Counted from the stretch's first letter, positions 44,338-57,815 are shown. The stretch is DNA of 64,000 nucleotides from Eledone cirrhosa (GCA_964016885.1 OZ024749.1:26164001-26228000); one strand, 5' to 3'. Program-made: numbers and translations. The notes: generated by a model not told the origin, from the letters alone.

Positions 44338-45655
44338 TGGATTGGCATTATCGGTAGAGGGTCGGACACCATGCTTTGACGCATTGAGTTACGGCCCTTG
44401 CCTTTCTGAGTTCAAATCCCGCCGAGGTCAACTTTGCCTTTCATCCTTACGGGGTTGATAAAATAAAGTACCAGTAATACACTGGGTAATTGCTGGCCTT
44501 GTGCCAAAAGTAGAAACAATTATTTACTGTGGATAGGGCGGTGGATTGGAAGTATCGGTAGAGAGTCGGACACCATGCTCTGCAGCATAGAGTTACGGCC
44601 CATTACGGTCTGAGTTCAAATCCCGCCGAGGTTAACTTTGCCTTTCATTCTTACGGGGTTGATAAAATAAAGTACCAGTAACGTACTGGTTCGATTTATT
44701 CGACTCCTCCCCCCCACCCTCCACCCCCACCCCCTCAAAAAAAAATTATTGGCCTTGTACCTATAGTAGAAATCATTATTTCCTGTGGATTGGTAGAGCG
44801 TCAGACACCATGTTTCGCAGCAGAGAGTTACGAGCCTCTACGTTCTGAGTTCAAATCCCCCTGAGGTTATCCCGTAGAGGTAATGTACTGGGGTCGATTT
44901 AATCGACTTCCCCCCCTTCCCTTCAAATTGCTGGCCTTGTGCCTATACTAGAAACAATTATTATTCGATGTTTATTAGAGTGGTGGATTAGCAGTATCGG
45001 TAGAATGTTGGAAAATATGCTTCACGGCATATAGTTACGTCTTTCTACGTTCTGAGTTCAAATCCCACCGAAGTTAGCTTTGCCTTTCATCTTTACGGGG
45101 CCGATAAAATAAAATACTAGTACCCCCACTGGGGTCGATTTAATTGACTTTCCCCTACTCCAAAATTGTTGACCTTGTGCTTAAATCAGAACCCATTATT
45201 TGCTACGTTTACAGTGGTGGATTTTCAGACTCGTTAGAACATTGTGTGTAATGCAAGGGTGTGCAACATATTCCATTGGCGGGCCACTTTTGAACATTGG
45301 AACAACTATTACAACTATTAGGGCCATTGATATTTATTAAGCACTATTCCAAAGATTCACCACAACTTCTTACCATAACATGGAGCTGGGAAATTATAAC
45401 ACACATAACCCTATCAGTGAAGCCCTTTAGTATAGGTCACCTAACAGAAAATTGTATTACGGTTACGAAATAAATTCTAAATGAGCCTACAAAAAATTAA
45501 AAGCGGTCATCGCGGGCCACTCTGACTGGTCTGGCGGGCCGGATTGTGGCCCGCGAGCCGCCTGGTGCACGCCCCTGGCCTAGAGGCATGTAGTTCAACT
45601 CTTTACATTCTGAGTTCAAATCCCACCGAGGTCAACTTTGACTTTCATTCTTCCA
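44338..45655 (+). mobile_element. Head-to-tail array of five SINE-A copies, the last interrupted by a hAT MITE
   Basis: Starts near 44338, 44536, 44785, 44980, 45213; divergence increases rightward. Confidence 0.88.
45254..45577. mobile_element. hAT-type MITE
   Basis: Termini CAAGGGTGTGCAAC / GGTGCACGCCCCTG; subterminal GCGGGCC repeats; 8-bp TSD degenerate. Confidence 0.7.
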
Positions 45656-45728
45656 GATATATTCACGCAACAGATTTTTAAAATGCCATATTATATAAAT
45701 ATATTTCCCTTTCCATTTTCACCGACAC

Positions 45729-45784
<56 letters not shown>

Positions 45785-45998
45785 ATTAATCAATCTAAAA
45801 AAAACACAAGAAATATATAGTATCTTGAAGGGTGCTTTCTATATATTTAATATTTTTAAAGATTCTTTTTTCTTTCTTTTAACTACATTAATTTTGAAAT
45901 TACTTGCTAAACGTTACTACTGATCAATTACTTGTGATATGTTATATGACAGTCTCGTCTATTCTGCTATTCAACATATAGTATATTGATCATAATCC

Positions 45999-46375
45999 AA
46001 TTATTATGTTAAGATAACTTGTCGACAAAGAGTCACCAATGTCTCAGAGGGTGGTTGCACTTGACAGAGAAATGCAATTTCATTTTGGAAATAATTAGCC
46101 GAAAGGAGAGACAACAACAGAGAAAGGAAAGTAAATATCTGGTTAGTTGTCACAGTGAATTTTTTCAGGGAGAGGACACAGTAGAAAACTTCTTTCAACT
46201 TCCATTTTCATATTTATATAATTTTTTTGTTCGTTTCTTCTGTTGAAGGAACACGGTATGTTTGAATTAACGGTAATGTAAAAGCTTGAGGGTTGCTTGT
46301 AAATATGTGAGCTAAGTTGTCAATGTTAATGATAGGTGTTTACATCTTCAAACTGTGAATGTTGCTGTTGTTGTT
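45999..46375 (+). repeat. Near-identical ~375-bp direct repeat, copy 1 (copy 2 at 47879-48255)
   Basis: About five substitutions seen between copies; offset 1880 bp. Confidence 0.92.
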
Positions 46376-46547
46376 GTTAGGGTGTTAATAGGAGTGGGTC
46401 GTAGATATCATTTTCCCGTTTCTTAGTGTGTTTTTTTTTAATATATTTTTATTGGGTTTTTTTTTACTAGATTTTGCTTTGCTTCATTTAATCGGTTATT
46501 TGAGAATTCAATGAATAGAAAAATGCCAACAATAAAAAGAATAATGG

Positions 46548-46628
46548 CTTCTTTATTAGCCACACAGGGTTTATATTAAGAGGACAATAAAGATGTCACA
46601 GGACGGTACAATTTGGAGATTGTTTTTA
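46548..46628 (-). mobile_element. Short 3'-end fragment of another Tx1-like family member
   Basis: TTCTTTATTAGCCACACAGGG...GGACAATAAAG resembles the 3' termini of E2, E3 and E4. Confidence 0.55.
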
Positions 46629-46629
46629 C

Positions 46630-47200
46630 ACACATACATACATGATGGCTGCAAACTCACGCTAAGAGTATTGCAATTGCTTGTCAGATTCACGTGTGGG
46701 ATGTTCGGATATAGCTTTTCAAGCCTGTTAGAGGCTTGCACTCCTTGGCACATTGACAACAACTATGGATCTTCCTGGCCTCGGGTCTGGCATCAGGTTG
46801 TCTGTGAACCTTCATATGCCCCGTCAGTCCTGCTACAGATTGACATTCCATGCCACATTCCTTACATCTTGCAATGCCATGGAGATCATAGTTCACTGGT
46901 TCTACATACATGATGGCTGTCCCCTCGTTATCGAGTATGGCTGTTGCACGATATAGCATTAATAATAATTATTAATTATTGCCATTGTGCAATGCCTATG
47001 TGTGATGATATTTTTTAAAGTGAGGAAAGACTGTGCACTGAGCGACAGTAGCTATAACCCGAAAAAAAGAAAAGGTCAACATCATCAGTAACTACTGAGC
47101 CGCAGGTTTTATGTCGGAGTTATGCCAGTTTCCTGAGTTGCCTTCTCCTAGAAGAATGCCCTGACAAAGGCTAGGGTTCCTTCACTCCCAGTGGTTTAAC
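46630..47200 (-). mobile_element. Bipartite RTE-like element with two C2H2-type fingers and two tails
   Basis: CTAGGAGAAGGCAACTC 5' motif; ORF 46690-46959 CKEC..HMKVH and CCQC..YIRTSH; tails CAGCCATCATGTATGT at ~46635 and ~46905. Confidence 0.66.
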
Positions 47201-47878
47201 CGCACGATCGGCTATCCAGCCCAATTATTTCTGAACATACACACACACGCACACACCCGCAGAGGAAAACCAAGAAAGATGCAGAGTCCCACACTTTTCT
47301 ATGATATCAAAAACCTCAAAGCTTTCCTCTTCTTATGTCTTGTCACTTATATCAGAGTCAAATGATGGTGGTGCCTTTAGCCTCATCAGTCTTGCCCGTC
47401 AGCCATCTTTCGTAAAGTACGTTGGAGGACGACTCGTTCTCCCCCATGTACTCTTCATTAAATGGCGATTAAAAGAGTTGCTGTGGAGTTAGAGAGATAG
47501 TAACAATAACCCCCTACTGAACCAGCTAATTTTGATCAGTATGCAACTTCGTTCGTTATAGTCACAGACCAGGAAAGAACCAGGAGCCCTTTTTTGCAAA
47601 AGGATGGTGGGGCGGTAGGTAGATCTTCACATGATACTTGGCTGCTAGCCAAATTCGTCCTACGTGTAGTAACAGCTGTTTAATACGAGCTTACATGTCG
47701 GCATTGCACGAATACAGAATGATTACCTGCTGACCTGTTTCGTCTCTCTCTTTCTCTCTCTGTATCTCGGATAAATTTGGTATATGGAACCTCTATAAAA
47801 TTTGATATAAAACAATTATTCGTGTTATTGATCGTGGTGTTGTCTGCTATTCAGCATCTAATATCCTAATTCTAATTT

Positions 47879-48255
47879 AATTATTATGTTAAGATAACTT
47901 GTCGACAAAGAGTCACCAATGTCTCAGAGGGTGGTTGCACTTGACAGAGAAATGCAATTACATTTTAGAAATAATTAGCCGAAAGGAGACACAACAACAG
48001 AGAAAGGAAAGTAAATATCTGGTTAGTTGTCACAGTGAATTTTTTCAGAGAGAGGACACAGTAGAAAACTTCTTTCAACTTCCATTTTCATATTTATATA
48101 ATTTTTTTGTTCGTTTCTTCTGTTGAAGGAACACGGTATGTTTGAATTAACGGTAATGTAAAAGCTTGAGGGTTGCTTGTAAATATGTGAGCTAAGTTGT
48201 CAATGTTAATGATAGGTGTTTACATCTTCAAACTGTGAATGTTGCTTTTGTTGTT
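47879..48255 (+). repeat. Direct repeat copy 2
   Basis: Matches 45999-46375. Confidence 0.92.
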
Positions 48256-48445
48256 GCTGTTTTTAGGGGCGTTAATGACGTAGAGGAGGGTTACAGAGAA
48301 CATTATTCCGTGTGTATTAGTTTCTTAGTAATTCGGTCTTTGTGGGTCTTGTTTGTTTGTTTTTTTGTTGTTTTTTTGTTGTTTTTTTGTTTCGATTTTT
48401 GTTGGGTTTCTTATCTTAGGTAAGGGAGTGTGGCTACATTATTAG

Positions 48446-48626
48446 TGAATTGGCACTATTGGTAGAGGGTCAGACATGCTTTCCAGCGTAGTCACGTCCC
48501 TTTACGATCTGAGTTCAAATCTCGCCGAGGTTAACTTTGCCTTTCATCCTTACGGGGTCAATAAAATAAAGTACCAGTAATGTACTGGGTAATTGCTGGC
48601 CTTGTGCCAAAAATAGAAGCAATTAT
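48446..48626 (+). mobile_element. SINE-A copy
   Basis: Direct similarity to the family consensus. Confidence 0.88.
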
Positions 48627-48860
48627 TTTATTAAAGCATTTCCTTACGATTATAATGAATTAAGAAAGACAGCACTAATGATGATGAGGAGGAGGAGGAG
48701 GAGGAGGAGGAGGAGCAGGAGGAGTGTGTTGGTTGTCGTGGAGGTGGTGTCGGTGGTGATGGTGGTGGTATCGGTGGTGGTGGTGGTGGTGGTGTTGATG
48801 ATGTTAATGATGATGATGATGATGATGATTGTGGTTATGGTGTTGATGATGATGATGTTA

Positions 48861-48893
<33 letters not shown>

Positions 48894-49039
48894 GTGGTTA
48901 TGGTGGTGATGATGATGATGATGATGATGAAGATGATGATGATGATGGTGATGCCTTTTTTTCTGTTTCTGTAGTCGACAGATCTAACATAAACACGGAC
49001 ACCAACAACAATATTACCATCCGTCCATATATACATGTA

Positions 49040-49413
49040 ACAGGCTTCTGCGTAATCTCTGTCTATTAAACTCCTCTCACAAATATTCTGTCGACTCGAG
49101 GTTTTAATCGAAGACACCTGAGCCAAGGTGCCAAGCAATGTACACGGGCTTCTGCGTAGTATCTTTCTATTAAATTCTTCTCACAAATCTTCTGTCGACG
49201 TGAGGTTTTAATAGCAGACACCTGGGCTAAGGTGCCATGCTGTGGATACGGGCTTTTGCGTAGCCGCTGTCGGTTAAATTGCTCTCACAAATCTTCTGTC
49301 CACTCGAGGTTTTAATAAAAGACATCTGAGCCAGGGTATAAAGCTGTGGCCTCGTACCCGGCACCATGTGTTTTCAAAGCGAACGCTCTTAACCCTCGGG
49401 CTGTCACTGCGCT
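49040..49413 (-). mobile_element. Second SINE family: one tRNA-like head plus three tandem ~105-bp bodies
   Basis: Head GGTTAAGAGCGTTCGCTTTG...GGGTACGAGGCC; GGCTT(C/T)TGCGTA...AGACA(C/T)CTG(A/G)GC repeated three times. Confidence 0.65.
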
Positions 49414-49987
49414 TATGATTAAAAATAAAATAATTGCAACATTATTCGTTGTTTTTGTTTTTGTTTTTTTACATGAACATTATAAATTTGTTGAAATTTA
49501 TTTTTATTTTGAAATCACATTGTCAGTTTACTCTGAACAATGTTTCCTAATTAATATGTCTGTTATAATTAACGTTTAGTTTGGAATCCTTTTAAACTGT
49601 CAACAAATTCGTTCGTTTATTATGGGTGTTGTTTTATTTATTTATTTTTTCCCCTTTTTTAGGTTTTGAGTTTTAAGTTTTTGTTTTTTTTTAATAACGA
49701 ATTCTTTAATTGAGAGCATTCTTTGCAAAGATTGTCGCAAAATAAAGATTATTTTTACAATGAAAGATTCCTATCTTCTACCAGCTAGACGAAGTACCAT
49801 GTACGCGGTCTATCGACCTACCTGAAATAGCAGATGAGTCACTTTCAAATCACACAGCTCTGATTCAATCGTTTCGTGAACATCTTTCTAATAAAATTAA
49901 TTTTGTTTCAATTAATTCATATAGAATCTATATAGAATTTACCGAAATGATTAATTTTTTTCATTTCATAGATAGTAACAGAAAATA

Positions 49988-50308
49988 CGAGGGCCAGCTG
50001 AGAAGTTCATAAGCTGACCAAGATACCCTCATGAAACAACCAAATAAGATTTATTTTTCAACATAGACCCTGGAAAAAAAAAACAATGCAGTTACTAAAA
50101 AGAATAGTTGAAATTAATTGTTTCTACTTTTGGCACAAGGCCAGCAATTACCCAGTACATTACTGGTACTTTATTTTATCGACCCCGTAAGGATGAAAGG
50201 CAAAGTTGACCTCGGCGGGATTTGAACTCAGAATGGTTGAAATTAATGCATGCAAGACTTCCTAACTCTAGCATCACTACTTCGTAGTCAGCTTATGAAC
50301 TTTTCGTG
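49988..50308. mobile_element. Mariner-type MITE containing a truncated SINE-A (50115-50235, minus)
   Basis: TA-CGAGGG...AAGTTCATAAGCTGAC / GTCAGCTTATGAACTTTTCGTG-TA; SINE flanked by a 12-bp TSD GTTGAAATTAAT. Confidence 0.72.
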
Positions 50309-50511
50309 TATAATTATGATGGAATATTTTAATATAAATAAAAACCCTTTAAAATAAGTGGTTTTGACCGAGTTGATATCAAAGGAGTTAGATAATGAAG
50401 GATTCATTGTGATAACGTAGTTTTTGAGATTAAAAAATAGCGAGTTGGTAGCAGCTGAAATATTTTAATCATAAAACTTCTCCATCAAATCTGACATGGG
50501 CAAAATAAAAG

Positions 50512-50564
<53 letters not shown>

Positions 50565-50596
50565 GGTCCACCTGGTTCCTTACCACATTTCCTTCG

Positions 50597-50644
<48 letters not shown>

Positions 50645-50660
50645 GTACTTTCAAAATTGC

Positions 50661-51018
50661 CATGCTGCCAATAAAAACACGCACCTGTTGGTTTTCACTT
50701 CAATTTATTATAAGTTTCCGGTTGGTTGGTTGGTTCAATAACCGGAAGGTTGTTTATATATTGTCAACACACACACACACGGATGTAACGCGTGCGCAAA
50801 CTAACCACACAACACACAAAAACAAGATGGTGTAGGACAGATCAAAGGAGAGACACAAAATAAAATCCTAGTCACTCAGGAGATTACAGTATGTCTGATA
50901 AAAGAGTGTTGACAATATATAAACAACCTTCCGGTTATCGAACCAAACACCCAACCGGAAACTTATCATAAATTGAAGAGAAAACTAACAGGTGCGTGTG
51001 TTTTTATTGGCAGCATGA
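50661..51018. repeat. ~110-bp inverted repeat with ~135-bp spacer, between (TA)n tracts
   Basis: 50661-50770 is the reverse complement of 50906-51018. Confidence 0.75.
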
Positions 51019-51094
51019 CTCTCCCAAAGTATAACAATATCTGTCTCAACACACGTTTTCAGATAAGAAAACTCGCAAAACAAATTCAAAGACG

Positions 51095-51148
<54 letters not shown>

Positions 51149-52681
51149 CGTTGGTAGAAGATGAAAGATCGAGGAAAACAGTGCTCAAGGTTTTGGAAGA
51201 GTGCTTATTTAATATAAACATACTTTCATACACTTAACATGTTAAGTGTATGAGACTTGTGTTTATACTTATATATAAGTGTTTATACTTATATATATAT
51301 ATAATGTATAATAAACAATACAATATAATTACCTCATTACCAGAGGTTTCCCGAATAAGACGAATACGAAAAAAACGTCCTCATTCGTTCGTCGGACAAG
51401 GTAATATAAAACATAGTGAAATATTGGAAAGTCTCCTCAAGAAATGCAAAAAATATATAAATAAAAGTAATGCAAGAGATATATAAAAAATATATAAAAA
51501 ATATATAAAAAATATAAGGAAATATAGTTAGGTATGTGTATATGTATGTATATACACTCACAAATGTACATATGTGTGTATGTACAAATGCATGTGTATG
51601 GTGAAATTGTGTACGTAAGTACATATATGAGGGCAAGTATATTTGTGTATATGTGACCACAAATACGGATATAATATGAGTTGAAAAAGAAAATGATAAT
51701 ATAGTTGACACGAATCCAGATACAGGTATTAAATACACATACGAGTATGAAAGCACGCGTATAAACACACACACACGCGCGGTCACTTATATGCGGAAGA
51801 TAAAGAGGGAAGGGCGTGTAATAGTAAAAAGAAGTGTCATTGTCGATATATGTATAAAAATGAAACAGTATATGAGAATGAAAAATAATTTTAAATGAAA
51901 GAGAAAGTAATCGATTAACACTAGAGAAAAGAAAACAAACATAGGTACGCACGTACATACACATATATCTATAAATAACATATATCTATAAAAAAAATAT
52001 TGATACACACAAATACGTACAGACAAATGCGCATGCATGCGTACATACATACACACGAGGCACGTATATATATATATATATCGCCCCATGTATATCTAAT
52101 CACACGTACGTACGCGACTATATATACATATATACACATACACATACACACCCATACATACATATACATATATACACATATACATACACATTCACGTACA
52201 TTCACCCGCCTACACACACACGTAAAAATAAGAATGTAAAAAACATAGATGTAAAAACATAGATCTAAAAACACATATACACACACATATATATATACGT
52301 ATGCACGCGCACATACGAAGGCGTTCGTATACATATACAGAACGTATACACACATAAGCACATTCAGACACATAGATACAGAGTATAAAGCAGCCTTATG
52401 AATAAATGAGTACAAATATAAAATCGGCTGCGAAACAACAGAATATATCTGGAGTGGAAAACGCCGGTGACTTGTGAAATCAGGTAGTGAAAGAAAATGG
52501 GGAAGTAAAATGTGGAATGTGAAGATATTAGGTAAGTGAATTGAAGAGTGGGGGGGGGGGGGGTTACTGGTGGATGTGAAGTAAAAATAAAAATAAAATT
52601 AAAAATAAAGTTATAAATGAAAGTAAATCAGAAAGAGAAGTCTGTAAAGAGAATAATTTAAGGAAAGTGAAGAATAAGAGC

Positions 52682-53247
52682 TTATGGAGGATAAGTATCT
52701 GAAAGTGAGTTAACTTTATATGAGCTGGAAAGCAAGTGTGATTTCATGTGTGGGCAACTGGTGAAAATTTCTGTTTTTGTATTTAGGCAGGTTTTTGGTG
52801 ATTTAAGGTTTTGTAATGTCCAATATTTTTCACTTATGCAGAGTGTGCATCTTCTTGTTCCTCTTGCATATTCTTTAGATTGGTTCAAAATTGACCAATC
52901 CAATTTATATTGGATACCTTGGTCTTTCAAATCCCATATTCTGCTAGCCAGAGCTGTTGTGAATCTTTTTTCTGGATGTCGGAAAGATGCGACATGTGAG
53001 TAATAACGCGTTTTGAATTTGTCTTGTGTCATACCCACATATCGTTCGCTGGTGGCTGGTTGATTGTTTCTGATGGTTGTCCCTTTAGCTGCATATACAA
53101 TGGCTTTGGTGTTGCATTTACCTTGTAATGGGCATTCACTTTTGACTCTACAGGAGCAATTTTGATGTTCTCTGGGTGATTTCTTATTGATGATATAAGA
53201 TTTAATAGTGGGACCGCAGGAGTAGCTAATTTTGACACAGTTTCTAT
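52682..53247 (-). pseudogene. PLE GIY-YIG endonuclease C-terminal fragment
   Basis: CSCRVKSECPLQGKC (CxCx5Cx5C linker), IVY...YVGMT, RYYSH, CTLCISEK, LNTKTE, CPH. The first ~14 aa of the called ORF (to 53290) come from the inverted arm. Confidence 0.88.
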
Positions 53248-53518
53248 TCTGGCTAGCAGAATATGGGATTTGAAAGACCAAGGTATCCAATATAAATTGG
53301 ATTGGTCAATTTTGAACTAATCTAAAGAATATGCAAGAGGAACAAGAAGATGCACACTCTGCATAAGTGAAAAATATTGGATTTTACAAAACATTAAATC
53401 ACCAAAAACCTGCCTAAATACAAAAACAGAAATTTTCACCAGTTGCCCACACATGAAATCACACTTGCTTTCCAGCTCATATAAACTTAACTCACTTTCA
53501 GATACTTATGCTCCATAA
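53248..53518 (+). pseudogene. Inverted second copy of the GIY-YIG C-terminus with a premature stop
   Basis: LASRIWDLKDQG...WSILN*SKEYARG; CAA>TAA relative to the left arm. Confidence 0.8.
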
Positions 53519-54789
53519 GCTCTTATTCTTCACTTTCCTTAAATTATTCTATTTACAGACTTCTCTTTCTGATTTACTTTCATTTTTAACTTTATTTTTA
53601 ATTTTTATTTTTACTTCACATCCACCAGTAAACCCCCCCCCCCCCCTACTCTTTGATTCACTTACCTAATATCTTCACATTCCACATTTTACTTCCCCAT
53701 TTTCTTTCACTACCTGATTTCACTAGTCACTTGCGTTTTCCACTCCAGATATATTCTGTTGTTTCATAAGGCTGCTTTATACTCTGTATCTATGTGTCTG
53801 AGTGTGCTTATGTGTGTATACGTTCTGTATATGTATACGAACGCCTCCGTATGTGTGCGTGCGTACGTGTATATATATATGTGTGTGTATGTGTGTTTTT
53901 ATATCTATGTTTTTACATATATGTTTTTTACATTCTTATTTTTACGTGTGTGTTTAAGCGGGTGAATGTACGTGAATGTGTATGTATGTGTGTATATATG
54001 TATATGTATGTATGGGTGTGTATGTGTATGTGTATATATATATATAGAGTCGCGTACGTACGTGTGATTAGATATACATGGGGCGATATATATATACGTG
54101 CCTCGACAAGACAAGATTGAGCATCCCTTCACTCCTTCACTCCTTTATGTACGCATGCATGCGCGTTTGTCTGTACGTATTTGTCTGTACGTATTTGTGT
54201 GTATAAATATTTTTTTATAGATATATGTGTATGTATGTGCGTACCTATGGTTGTTTTCTTTTCTCTAGTGTTAATCGATTACTTTCTCTTTCATTTAAAA
54301 TTTTTTTTCATTCTCATATACTGTTTCATTTTTATACATATATCGACAATGACACTTCTTTTTACTATTACACTCCCTTCCCTCTTTATCTTCCGCATAT
54401 AAGTGACCGCGCGTGTGTGTGTGTTTATACGCATGCTTTCATACTCGTATGTGTATTTAATACCTGTATCTGGATGCGTGTCAACTATATTATCATTTTC
54501 TTTTTCAACTCATATTATATCCGTATTTGTGGTCACATATACACAAATATACTTGCCCTCATATATGTACTTACGTACACAATTTCACCATACACATGCA
54601 TTTGTACATACACACATATGTACATTTGTGAGTGTATATACATACATATACACATACCTAACTATATTTCCTTATATTTTTTATATATTTTTTATATATT
54701 TTTTATATATCTCTTGCATTACTTTTATTTATATATTTTTTGCATTTCTTGAGGAGACTTTCCAATATTTCACTATGTTTTACATTACC

Positions 54790-54865
54790 TTGTCCGACGA
54801 ACGAATGAGGACGTTTTTTTCGTATTCGTCTTATTCGGGAAACCTCTGGTAATGAGGTAATTATA
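54790..54865 (+). ncRNA. Variant hammerhead ribozyme at the PLE 3' end (mirror copy 51325-51400, minus)
   Basis: CCGACGA, stem II CGAATGAGGACG/CGTCTTATTCG, GAAA, stem III ACCTC/GAGGT, GUA site; stem I weak. Confidence 0.55.
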
Positions 54866-54961
54866 TTGTATTGTTTATTATACATTAAATTTTGCTCTGG
54901 TACTTACATAGAGCACTCTTCACTCCTATGACTTTTTCAATTTTCAACGGAAACTTCAATA

Positions 54962-55248
<287 letters not shown>

Positions 55249-55334
55249 TATATAATAACTGCGCGAAATTCGCACTTGGCGGTAGCGCTCAACGGGAGCT
55301 CCATTCTCAACGGCTGCCAAGACAAGATTGAGCA

Positions 55335-57815
55335 TCCCTTCACTCCTTCACTCCTTTACTCCTTCACCCCTTCATCCATTCATCCCTTCACTCCTTCACC
55401 CCTTCACCCCTTCACTCCTTCACCCCTTCACTCCTTCATTGCTTCACTCCTTCATTCCTTTACACCTCCACTCCTTCACTGCAACACTCCTTCACCCCTT
55501 CATCCATTCACCCCTTCACTCCTTCACCCCTTCATTCCTTCAGCACTTCACTCCTCACTCCTTGACTCCTTTACACCTTCACTCCTTCGCTCTTTCACTC
55601 CTTCACTCCTTCACCCCTTCATCCCTTAACTCCTTCACCCCTTCACCCTTTACTCCTTCACCCCTTTACTCATTCACCCCTTCACCCTTTCACTCCTTCA
55701 CTCCTTCACCCCTTCACCCTTCACTCTTTCATCCCTTCACTCCTTCACCCCTTCACTCCTTCACTCCTTCACCCTTTCACTACTTCACTCCTTCACTCCT
55801 TTACCCCTTCACTCCTTCACTCCTTTACTCCTTCACTCCTTCACTGCTTCATTCCTTCACACCCTTCACCCATTCACCCCTTTACTCCTTCACTCCTTCA
55901 CCCCTTCACCGCTTTACTCTTTCATCCCTTCACTCCTTCACCCTTCACTCCTTCACTCCTTCACTCCTTCACTCCTTCACTCCTTCACCCCTTTATTCCT
56001 TCACTCCTTCACTCCTTCACCCCTTCACTCCTTCACTCCTTCACCCCTTCACCCCTTCACTCCTTCACTCCTTCACTCCTTCACTCCTTCACTCCTTCAC
56101 TCCTTCATTCCTTCACTCCTTCATTCCTTTACACCTCCACTCCTTCACTGCAACACTCCTTCACCCCTTCATCCATTCACCCCTTCACTCCTTCACCCCT
56201 TCACTCCTTCACCCCTTCATCCCTTCACCCCTTCACTCCTTCACCTGTTCACCCTTTACTTCTTCACCCCTTTACTCCTTCACCCCTTCACCCCTTCACT
56301 CTTTCATCCCTTCACTCCTTCACCCCTTCACTCCTTCACTCCTTCACTCCTTCACCCTTTCACTCCTTCACTCCTTCACCCTTTATTCCTTCACTCCTTC
56401 ACTCCTTCACCCCTTCACTCCTTCACTCCTTCACTCCTTCACTCCTTCACCCGTTCACTCCTTCTCTCCTTTCATTCCTTCACTCTTTCATTCCTTCACT
56501 CCTTCACCCCTTCACTCCTCACTTCTTCACTCCTTCACTCCTTCACTCCTTCACCCCTTCATCCCTTCACCCCTTCACTCCTTCACCTCTTCACCCTTTA
56601 CTTCTTCACCCCTTTACTCCTTCACCCCTTCACCCCTTCACCCCTTCACTCTTTCATCCCTTCACTCCTTTACCCCTTCACTCCTTCACTCCTTCACTCC
56701 TTCACCCCTTCACTCCTTCACTCCTTCACCCCTTTATTCCTTCACTCCTTCACTCCTTCACCCCTTCACTCCTTCACTCCTTCACTCCTTCACCCGTTCA
56801 CTCCTTCTCTCCTTTCACTCCTTCACTCCTTCACTCCTTTACTCCTTCACCCTTCACTCCTTCACTCCTTCACCCCTTCACCCCTTTACTCCTTCACTCC
56901 GTCAGCGCTTTACTCTTTCATCCCTTCACTCCTTCACCCTTCACTCCTTCGCTCCTTCACTCCTTCACTTCTTCACCCCTTTATTCCTTCACTCCTTCAC
57001 TCCTTCACCCCTTCACTCCTTCACCCCTTCACCCCTTCACTCCTTCACTCCTTCACTCCTTTATTCCTTCACTCCTTCACTCCTTCACCCCTTCACTCCT
57101 TCACTCTTTCACTACTTCACCCCTTTATTCCTTCACTGCTTCACTCCTTCAACTCTTCACTCCTTCACCCCTTTACTCCTTCACCCCTTCACCCTTTCAC
57201 TCTTTTATCCCTTCACTCCTTCACCCCTTCACCCCTTCACTCTTTCATCCCTTCACTCCTTCACCCCTTCACTCCTTCACTCCTTCACTCTTTCATCCCT
57301 TCACTCCTTCACCCCTTTATTCCTTCACTCCTTCACTCCTTCACCCATTCACCCCTTCACTCCTTCACTCCTTCACTCCTTCATCCCTTTATTCCTTCAC
57401 TTCTTCACCCCTTCACCCCTTTACTCCTTCACCCATTCACACCTTCACCCCTTCACTCTTTCACCCTTCACTCTTTCACCCCTTCACCCCTTCACTCCTT
57501 CACTCCTTCACCCATTCACACCTTCACCCATTCACACCTTCACCCCTTCACTCTTTCAACCCTTCACTCCTTCACCCCTTCACCCCTTCACTTTTTCACC
57601 CCTTCACTCCTTCACCCCTTCACCCCTTCACTCCTTCACCCCTTCACTCCTTCACCCCTTCACTCCTTCAACCCTTCACTCCTTCACTCCTTCACTCTTT
57701 CAACCCTTCACTCCTTCACCCCTTCAGTCCTTCACCCCTTCACTCTTTCACCCCTTCACTCCTTCACCCCTTCACTCCTTCACTCCTTCACCCCTTCACT
57801 CCTTCACTCCTTCCC
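55335..57815. repeat. 2.5-kb (CCTTCACT/CCTTCACC)n octamer satellite
   Basis: Directly visible; gives rise to the spurious 854-aa ORF. Confidence 0.95.

Larger units (their letters stand above)
51302..54887. mobile_element. Penelope-like retroelement (probably Naiad clade), two 5'-truncated copies in inverted orientation
   Basis: Arms 51302-52952 and 53248-54887 are reverse complements around a ~295-bp spacer; contains GIY-YIG coding sequence and a terminal hammerhead-like motif. Confidence 0.88.

Noticed and set aside
45999-48255. LTR pair or TRIM interpretation of the direct repeats
   Set aside because: No TG...CA ends, PBS, PPT or TSD evident, and faint homology extends beyond the cores.
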